Source: Clostridium sp. CAG:302
GTDB lineage: Bacteria > Bacillota_I > Bacilli_A > RF39 > UBA660
Length of the DNA: 64,000 nt
Assembly: GCA_000431795.1 (NCBI GenBank)
Contig: FR887359.1
Location: forward strand, 9,551-73,550
Direction: 5' to 3'
Part shown: positions 57,057 to 64,000 of the stretch, piece by piece
Numbering within the stretch: the stretch's first letter is position 1
How the letters are laid out: each line of letters starts with the position of its first letter
Position numbers and translations under genes: made by a program
Notes under the pieces: model-generated
The model's database searches: none
Seen by the model: only the letters and a program-made list of their open reading frames with translations
Told to the model about the DNA's origin: nothing

Positions 57057-58820
57057 ATGATAAAACTATTAAAGAAATTAACTAAAAAAGATTGGCTTTT
57101 TGTATTTATAAGTGTACTTTTAATAGTATTTCAAGTATGGTTAGAATTAAAAATGCCAGATTACATGTCTAATATTACTCAGTTAGTACAAACTAAAGGA
57201 GCAGATATGAAAGATATTTTAAAGGAAGGCTCTTATATGCTATTATGTGCTTTAGGTAGCCTACTTAGTGCGGGAATAGTAGGATATTTTATTTCAGGAA
57301 TAGCGGCTTCTTTCTCATTTAATGTAAGAGAGGCAATCTTTAAGAAAGTACTTAATTTAGATACTAGTGAAATAAAGAACTTTTCTACTAGTAGTCTAAT
57401 AACAAGAACTACTAATGATATAACTCAGGTAGAAATGCTAATTGGAATGGGTCTTCAATTAATGATAAAGGCTCCAATTACTGCTGCTTGGGCTATTACT
57501 AAAATATTAGGTAAGAGTCTAGAGTGGAGTATGGCTACAGCGGTAGCAGTCATTATTCTAATTACCACTATAATTATTCTAATGATTATAGTTATGCCAA
57601 GATTTAAGATAGTTCAAAATCTTATTGATAAGATAAATTCAGTAACTAGAGAAAATTTAACTGGTATTAGAGTAGTAAGAGCATTTAATGCTGAAAAATA
57701 TCAAGAAGATAAATTTAATAAAGTAAATAATGATTTAACTAATACACAAATGTTTAATCAAAAAGCATTTAATATTCTAAGTCCTATGATGAATATAGTG
57801 ATGCATACTCTAACATTATCTATCTATTTCATTGGAGCTCTTTTGATAGATAAGGCTTTAATGGGAGATAAAATAGTTTTATTTGGAGATATGATTGTCT
57901 TTTCATCATATGCTATGCAGGTAATAATGTCTTTCTTAATGCTTGCTATGATCTTTATGATGTTACCTCGTGCTAATGTGTCTGCAAAAAGAATAAATGA
58001 AGTACTAGATACAGAAGTAACAATTGAAGATGGTAAAGTAACTAAGAATAAGAATGGTTTAAGGGGGACTGTTGAATTTAAAAATGTATCATTTAAATAT
58101 CCTGATGCTGATGAATATATCTTAGAAAATATTAGTTTTACTGCTAATGAAGGAGATACTGTTGCTTTTATAGGATCTACTGGTTCTGGTAAGAGTACAT
58201 TAATAAATTTAATACCAAGATTCTATGATGCTACTGAGGGTGAAATACTAGTAAATGGTATTAATGTTAAAGATTATAAAGAAGAATATTTACATAATAT
58301 TGTTGGATATGTTCCTCAGAAGGCTGTTATGTTCTCTGGTACTGTAGAGTCAAATATTACTTATGGTAAGAGTATTTTAGGTAAACCTGATAAAAAGAAG
58401 ATTAATGAAGCGTTAAAAGTATCACAGGCTTATGAATTCGTTTCAAAACTAGAAAAGAAAGAAAAAAGTCATATAGCCCAAGGCGGTACTAATGTTTCAG
58501 GAGGTCAAAAACAAAGATTATCAATTGCTAGAACTATTGCCAGAAGTCCTGAAATATATATATTTGATGATTCGTTTAGTGCTTTAGACTATAAAACAGA
58601 TTCAGTACTAAGAAAAGAATTAAAAAAATATACTAAGAAGGCTACTAGTCTAATTGTAGCACAAAGAATAGGAACGATTATGAATGCTGATAAAATAATT
58701 GTTTTAGATAAGGGTAAATGTGTTGGAATAGGTACTCATAGTGAACTTATGAAAACTTGTGAAGTATATAAAGAAATTGCCCTTTCACAAGTAACAAAGG
58801 AGGAACTAGAAAATGCATAA
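57057..58820 (+). CDS. ABC exporter, fused permease/ATPase subunit (heterodimer partner 1)
   Basis: It has six TM helices, Walker A GSTGSGKST, signature VSGGQKQRLSIAR and Walker B IYIFDDSFSALD. The start is set at ATG 57057 behind GGAGG. Confidence 0.9.
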   Translation: MIKLLKKLTKKDWLFVFISVLLIVFQVWLELKMPDYMSNITQLVQTKGADMKDILKEGSYMLLCALGSLLSAGIVGYFISGIAASFSFNVREAIFKKVLNLDTSEIKNFSTSSLITRTTNDITQVEMLIGMGLQLMIKAPITAAWAITKILGKSLEWSMATAVAVIILITTIIILMIIVMPRFKIVQNLIDKINSVTRENLTGIRVVRAFNAEKYQEDKFNKVNNDLTNTQMFNQKAFNILSPMMNIVMHTLTLSIYFIGALLIDKALMGDKIVLFGDMIVFSSYAMQVIMSFLMLAMIFMMLPRANVSAKRINEVLDTEVTIEDGKVTKNKNGLRGTVEFKNVSFKYPDADEYILENISFTANEGDTVAFIGSTGSGKSTLINLIPRFYDATEGEILVNGINVKDYKEEYLHNIVGYVPQKAVMFSGTVESNITYGKSILGKPDKKKINEALKVSQAYEFVSKLEKKEKSHIAQGGTNVSGGQKQRLSIARTIARSPEIYIFDDSFSALDYKTDSVLRKELKKYTKKATSLIVAQRIGTIMNADKIIVLDKGKCVGIGTHSELMKTCEVYKEIALSQVTKEELENA

Positions 58821-61170
58821 CGGTAAAGAAGAAAAAAGAAATACTCCTCCAAGAGGGGGTCATGGTCCAATGAGGACCATTGAAAAGCCAAAGAATTTTG
58901 GCGAGGCTCTATCTAAATTATTTAAAAGTTTAAATGATTTTAAAGTACTACTAATAATATCTTTAGTACTAGCGGGTCTATCAGCAATCTTAGCTTTAGT
59001 ATCACCAGATAGATTATCTGATTTAACTGATGAGATATCTAAGGGTCTAACTATTAATACTACTAATATGGAAAAACTACAAGATGATTTGTTAACTAAT
59101 CTTAACGAAGAAACTTTTGCAGGTATATTAAATCTAAATATTGATGAGAGTACTATTTATAAAGTGAATACTGCTAGTATATCAGCTTTAGATAAAGAAA
59201 AGTTTAATAATACTATCAGTGCTATGACTAAAGAAAATGCTACTACTTCATTAGGTAAATTACCAGATAGTGTATTAGATATTATACTTGAAGATTCTAC
59301 ATATAATGATATATTAATAACTAAGGAAGATAAAATAAATCTACTTAAATCATTATCTAATTATAATAGTGAGACTAAAGATTATTCATTTATAACTAAA
59401 CTTCCAGATAGTATAAATAATGTCTTATTTCCTAGTTCTACTATTGATAATATTGAAATAACTACTAAAGATAAAGTAGAATTTATTAGTAAGATGTCTA
59501 CCTTAAAGAAAGATGCTTCAGTAAATGAAATATATAAAATAGTAGAAACATTACCTAATAGTATTCAAAAATTAGTTAATCCAAAGATGAATGTTGAAAA
59601 AATAACTAAGATGGCTACTATATTATTAATTATATATGTAATAAGTGCTACATTTAGTTATCTTGAGGGTATATTTATGGTTAAAGTAGCCAATAACTAT
59701 GCTAGGAGATTAAGAAATAAAATATCATTAAAGATAAATAAATTACCCCTTAAATTCTTTGATCACAACCTATCAGGAGATATTTTATCTAGAGTAACTA
59801 ATGATGTAGATACAATTGCTCAGTCATTAAATCAAAGTTTATCTACTTTAGTATCTTCAATTACATTATTTATTGGTTCTATTATTATGATGTTTGTAAC
59901 TAACTATATACTAGCTATAACCGCTATTGTATCTAGTTTAATAGGATTTATATTAATGTTTATAATTCTTAATAAATCACAAAAGTATTTTACTAAGAGA
60001 CAAGAAGAACTTGGTAATTTAAATGGTTACATAGAGGAAGTATATTCTGGATTAAATGTTGTTAAAACTTGTAATGGGACTGATGAGTCTACTAAAGAAT
60101 TTGATAAGTTAAATAAAAGACTTTATACTTGTAATAGAAAGAGTCAGTTTTTATCAGGATTAATGCAACCTATCATGGGCTTTGTTGGTAACTTTGGTTA
60201 TGTTGCTGTATGTGTAGTAGGTTCTCTTCTAGTATCAAAAGATATTATATCATTTGGCACAATAGTAGCCTTCATAATCTATGTAAGATTATTTACTAAT
60301 CCGTTATCACAAATAGCTCAGTCTATGACCTCACTTCAGACAACAGCGGCTGCCAGTGAAAGAGTATTTGCTTTTCTAGAGGAAAAAGAAATGTCTAAAG
60401 AGACAAATATTATTAAGAAATTAGATAAGGATAAAGTAAAAGGAAAAATAGAGTTTAAAAATGTTAAGTTTGGGTATGATGAAGATAAAATTATCATTAA
60501 AGACTTTACTGCTACTGCAAAACCAGGTCAAAAGATAGCTATTGTTGGTCCAACAGGAGCGGGTAAAACTACTATGGTAAACTTACTTATGAAGTTCTAT
60601 GAAATAAATTCTGGTGATATTAAGATTGATGGTGTATCTATTAAAGAGTTAACTAGAGAAAATGTTCATGATTTATTTACTATGGTACTTCAAGATACTT
60701 GGTTATTTAATGGTACTGTTAAAGAAAATATTGTTTATAATAGAAAGAATATTAGTGATAAGAAAGTAAAAGAAATATGCAAAGTAGTAGGAGTAGATCA
60801 TTTTATTAAAACACTACCTAATGGTTATGATAGTGAGATATCTGATACTGATTCTATTTCAGCAGGACAAAGACAGTTACTTACTATTGCTCGTGGTATG
60901 ATTGAGAATGCTCCTTTCTTAATCCTAGATGAAGCTACATCTAATGTAGATACTAGAACTGAAGAATTAGTACAAAAGGCTATGGATAAGTTAATGGAGA
61001 ATAAGACTTCATTTATTATAGCTCATAGATTATCTACTATTAGAAATGCTGATTTGATATTGGTTATGAAAGATGGTAATATTATTGAGACTGGTAATCA
61101 TGATAAGCTTATGAAAGAGAATGGTTTCTATGCTAGTTTGTATAATTCTCAGTTTGAAAGCTTAAAATAA
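58813..61170 (+). CDS. ABC exporter, fused permease/ATPase subunit (heterodimer partner 2) with a large insertion between TM1 and TM2
   Basis: It has Walker A GPTGAGKTT, signature ISAGQRQLLTIAR and Walker B FLILDEATSNVD. The protein is 785 aa, with about 200 aa between TM1 (~aa 44-64) and TM2 (~aa 268-290). Confidence 0.9.
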   Translation: MHNGKEEKRNTPPRGGHGPMRTIEKPKNFGEALSKLFKSLNDFKVLLIISLVLAGLSAILALVSPDRLSDLTDEISKGLTINTTNMEKLQDDLLTNLNEETFAGILNLNIDESTIYKVNTASISALDKEKFNNTISAMTKENATTSLGKLPDSVLDIILEDSTYNDILITKEDKINLLKSLSNYNSETKDYSFITKLPDSINNVLFPSSTIDNIEITTKDKVEFISKMSTLKKDASVNEIYKIVETLPNSIQKLVNPKMNVEKITKMATILLIIYVISATFSYLEGIFMVKVANNYARRLRNKISLKINKLPLKFFDHNLSGDILSRVTNDVDTIAQSLNQSLSTLVSSITLFIGSIIMMFVTNYILAITAIVSSLIGFILMFIILNKSQKYFTKRQEELGNLNGYIEEVYSGLNVVKTCNGTDESTKEFDKLNKRLYTCNRKSQFLSGLMQPIMGFVGNFGYVAVCVVGSLLVSKDIISFGTIVAFIIYVRLFTNPLSQIAQSMTSLQTTAAASERVFAFLEEKEMSKETNIIKKLDKDKVKGKIEFKNVKFGYDEDKIIIKDFTATAKPGQKIAIVGPTGAGKTTMVNLLMKFYEINSGDIKIDGVSIKELTRENVHDLFTMVLQDTWLFNGTVKENIVYNRKNISDKKVKEICKVVGVDHFIKTLPNGYDSEISDTDSISAGQRQLLTIARGMIENAPFLILDEATSNVDTRTEELVQKAMDKLMENKTSFIIAHRLSTIRNADLILVMKDGNIIETGNHDKLMKENGFYASLYNSQFESLK

Positions 61171-61182
61171 TTATTTGTTTAT

Positions 61183-61240
61183 CCTCTTAAGTCTAGGCCT
61201 TAAGAGGCAAAAGAGAGCCTTAAAATAAGTCTCTCTTTTG
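61183..61240 (+). repeat. Tandem-hairpin intergenic repeat, copy 11
   Basis: CCTCTTAAG-TCTAGGC-CTTAAGAGG is followed by CAAAAGAGAG-CCTTAAAATAAGT-CTCTCTTTTG. Confidence 0.85.
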
Positions 61241-61314
61241 AATATTTTGGTTATAAAATATCTAGTTTTATTTTAATATTTATGGTAAAATACTAGAGAA
61301 AGAAGGAATATATT

Positions 61315-62439
61315 ATGATATATTTAGATAATAGTGCTACTACTATGGTAGATGATAGAGTCTTAGAAACATTTAATAAGGTATGTAAAAATTATCCAGG
61401 TAATTCTAATTCATTACATAGTCTAGGAATAAAATCAAAAGAATTAGAGGAATATGCTACTGAAAAGATAAGCAATTTACTAGGAGTAAAACCTAGTGAA
61501 ATAATATATACTTCAGGAGCTTCTGAATCAAATAATACAGTATTAAAGGGAGTAGCCTCTAAATATAAAAATCGTGGTAATCATATAATTACTACACCTC
61601 TAGAACATTCATCAATATTAGAAACTTGTAAATATTTAGAAAACAAAGGATTTATTATTGATTATGTTAAAATAAAAGATAATGGTTTAATAGATATTGA
61701 AGATTTAGAAAGACTATTAACAGATAATACTATTTTAGTTTCAGTAGCTTATGTTGATAGTGAACTGGGTATAAGGCAAGATATAGATACTATTAGTAAG
61801 ATAGTAAAAAAACATCCTAAGTGTTATTTCCATGTTGATGCTACTCAGGCTATTGGTAAAATAAAGGTAGATCCTACTAGTATAGATTTCATTAGTATGT
61901 CTGCTCATAAAATATTTGGCTTAAAAGGAATAGGTCTATTAATAAAAAAAGATAATATTGTTATTGATAATTTAATTCATGGAGGAAAGAGTACTACCAT
62001 TTATCGTAGTGGTACTCCAGCATTACCATTAATATGTAGTCTTATGAAAGCCTTGGAATTAGTTATTCCAAATATAGATAAAAATTATGAATATGTATCA
62101 TCTCTAAGTAGGAAGATAAAAGATAATTTAAAAAAGTATGATAATATTCATATAAATAGTACTGAAAATAGTATTCCATATATTATTAATTTTAGTGTAA
62201 TAGGAGTAAAACCAGAGACATTTATTCATACTATGGAAGAAGAAGACATTTATCTATCCACTAAAAGTGCCTGTTCTACTAGTGATGTATCATTATCAGT
62301 AGATAGTATATATCATAATAGAGAAATATCTATGAGTAGTATAAGAATAAGTTTAAGTTATAAAAATACTGAAGAAGAGATAGATAAGTTTATCAAAGCA
62401 TTTGATAAAATATATAACAAATTAGTGTTTAAAAAATAA
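61315..62439 (+). CDS. Cysteine desulfurase (class V aminotransferase, NifS/IscS-like)
   Basis: It has IYLDNSATT, SGASESNN, HVDATQAIGK, SMSAHKIFG (PLP lysine) and STKSACS (active-site Cys loop). Confidence 0.85.
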   Translation: MIYLDNSATTMVDDRVLETFNKVCKNYPGNSNSLHSLGIKSKELEEYATEKISNLLGVKPSEIIYTSGASESNNTVLKGVASKYKNRGNHIITTPLEHSSILETCKYLENKGFIIDYVKIKDNGLIDIEDLERLLTDNTILVSVAYVDSELGIRQDIDTISKIVKKHPKCYFHVDATQAIGKIKVDPTSIDFISMSAHKIFGLKGIGLLIKKDNIVIDNLIHGGKSTTIYRSGTPALPLICSLMKALELVIPNIDKNYEYVSSLSRKIKDNLKKYDNIHINSTENSIPYIINFSVIGVKPETFIHTMEEEDIYLSTKSACSTSDVSLSVDSIYHNREISMSSIRISLSYKNTEEEIDKFIKAFDKIYNKLVFKK

Positions 62440-62551
62440 AACATTGTTACATAATAAAATTAGAAGTTAAGAAGTTTTTAATTAGGTAGAAGTATTTAAG
62501 ATATAAAACTTCTTTTTTCATTGCAATTTTAATATAATGATAGATTAATAA

Positions 62552-62579
62552 TTGACAAAAACATAAAATATGCTATAAT
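62552..62579 (+). promoter_or_regulatory. Promoter of the sortase/adhesin locus (TTGACA, 16 nt, TGCTATAAT)
   Basis: The -35 lies at 62552-62557 and the extended -10 ends at 62579. Confidence 0.6.
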
Positions 62580-62612
62580 AGTAAACCATCTGAGAGAATT
62601 ATTGGGGGCTTT

Positions 62613-63341
62613 ATGAATAAGAATAAAAAAATAATATTAATAATAACTTTTATCTTAGTAATATTATTATTGTTAGTTGGAGTATATCTATATAAGTCAA
62701 ATAGAAAAAAAGATTATTACTTAAATATAGATATAGAATCAAATAATAATGTTAATAATCCTATTAACTATGAAGAAGTTATTAACAATTTGAGAGAAGA
62801 ATATAATAATAAAGATATTAAAGGTGTCTTGGAAATAGATAATACTGATTATATCGTACCAATATTACAAGGTAGTGATAATAACTATTATTTAAATCAT
62901 GATGCTTATGGAAATAGAAGTGGTATGGGCTCTATCTACCTAGATTTTAGAGTGGATATTGATACCAGTAGAAAATTACTAATTTATGGTCATAATTCTT
63001 CAAATATTGATATGCCATTTAAAATACTTGAAGAGTTCTATGATAAAGATTATTACGATAATCACAAATATGTGTGGATAACCACAAGTACTGCAAAAAA
63101 GAAGTATGAAATATTTTCTATTTATGTAGAAACAAAAGATTTTTCTTACATGGATGTTAACTTTGCTAGTGATAAAGATTATCTTGAACACATTACGAAG
63201 TTAAAAGAAAAATCAATGTATGATACTGGAGTAGAAGTAAATTCTGATGATGAAGTGTTAATACTTCAAACATGTAGTACACATAAAGATTATAGTAATT
63301 ATCAAAGAAAATATTTACTAATAATATTAAGGAGGGTTTAA
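62613..63341 (+). CDS. srtB: Class B sortase
   Basis: It has an N-terminal TM, ILQGSDNNYYLNHD, LLIYGHNSS (His), LILQTCS (Cys) and a conserved Arg near the C-terminus. Confidence 0.8.
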   Translation: MNKNKKIILIITFILVILLLLVGVYLYKSNRKKDYYLNIDIESNNNVNNPINYEEVINNLREEYNNKDIKGVLEIDNTDYIVPILQGSDNNYYLNHDAYGNRSGMGSIYLDFRVDIDTSRKLLIYGHNSSNIDMPFKILEEFYDKDYYDNHKYVWITTSTAKKKYEIFSIYVETKDFSYMDVNFASDKDYLEHITKLKEKSMYDTGVEVNSDDEVLILQTCSTHKDYSNYQRKYLLIILRRV

Positions 63342-63344
63342 TTA

Positions 63345-64000
63345 ATGAAAAAAAGTTTAAAAAAGTTTACTAAGATATTAGTACTAATAGCAATGATTTT
63401 TTCAGACTTAATGACACCAATTAGTGTATTAGCAGATCAAATATCTGAAAGTACTCCTAATAAAGGTGATATTGGTATTGATAATAAAGTAACAAATAAT
63501 GGCGAAATGGCTATTGTTAGTGTTGGCTCTACTAAAGAAAAAGGCGGAGTAAAAGTTACTAAAACAGTTAGTAAAACAGACACTGAAGGTAGATATAAAA
63601 TTGATTTTAAAATAGAAGGAAAGGATGATGAAACAAGTACCGAAGTTCCTAAGCAAGTATATGCTGTTGTAGTATTTGATAAATCTAGCAGTATGGAAAG
63701 TTCTTATGAGTGTGTTGAGTATGACTGGCGTGACTGTATAAGAACTGAGTATAATAACAAATGGGAAAGCGCAGTAAATGGAGCTATAACATTTGCTAAA
63801 ACTCTATCAAATAAAATAAATGGAGCAAAAATTGCCTTAGTAGGTTTTTCTGGTGATAATGGATATTATTATGATGATTCTGAGTTTGATGATGCTGAAA
63901 TAATTAAAATAAATAATAATACTTGGTTTAGTGGCACAGAACTTACCTCAGATGATTTTGGAAGCCCAATTGGTGGAACCAATTTACAAGCCGGACTTAT
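63345..64000 (+). CDS. Secreted vWA-domain surface protein, likely pilus or adhesin subunit; 3' end outside the window
   Basis: The signal peptide MKKSLKKFTKILVLIAMIFSDLMTPISVLA is followed by the MIDAS motif VVFDKSSSM and GGTNLQAGL. The frame stays open to the window end and is absent from the ORF track. Confidence 0.7.
   Translation, partial: MKKSLKKFTKILVLIAMIFSDLMTPISVLADQISESTPNKGDIGIDNKVTNNGEMAIVSVGSTKEKGGVKVTKTVSKTDTEGRYKIDFKIEGKDDETSTEVPKQVYAVVVFDKSSSMESSYECVEYDWRDCIRTEYNNKWESAVNGAITFAKTLSNKINGAKIALVGFSGDNGYYYDDSEFDDAEIIKINNNTWFSGTELTSDDFGSPIGGTNLQAGL

Overview
This window is a very A+T-rich, low-GC Firmicute (Bacillota) chromosomal segment read with the standard code. The type-B RNase P RNA and gene orders such as rodZ-pgsA-recA, gpsB-rnpB, dnaD-nth and ytxG-ytxH fit that assignment. 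Nearly everything is on the + strand. The backbone is housekeeping: gpsB, rnpB, rodZ, pgsA, recA, dagK, tmRNA, an S41 protease, three tRNAs, alaS, RNase J, whiA, T-box-controlled thrS, cca, dnaD, nth, asnB, fhs, mtaB, a heterodimeric ABC exporter and a cysteine desulfurase.

Several accessory blocks and oddities are embedded in it:
- The tail of a translationally coupled ThiF/MccB-like, methyltransferase-decarboxylase fusion, PLP enzyme and cytoplasmic SBP5-like operon at the left edge, reminiscent of microcin-C-type peptidyl-nucleotide tailoring.
- A SipW-type signal peptidase operon with TasA/camelysin-like secreted proteins.
- A 9-kb operon for three N-terminally anchored surface proteins, one of 1863 aa made of FN3-like modules, converging on a transglutaminase-like protein.
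- A triad of Tim44-like and SPFH proteins that each carry a zinc ribbon.
- A sortase B plus vWA-adhesin locus starting at the right edge.
- At least 11 copies of a dispersed tandem-hairpin intergenic repeat, with conserved loops (AGCCTAAGGTCT / AGCCTGTAGTCT) and co-varying stems.
- Two single-gene cassettes bracketed by duplicated 3'-end or terminator sequence.
- Two promoter-to-terminator structured non-coding regions.
- A histidine kinase lacking its phospho-acceptor His.
- A U32 gene broken at an A-run.

No CRISPR array, IS element, integrase or prophage genes were recognised. All functional calls come from motif recognition by eye, and no database search was possible.
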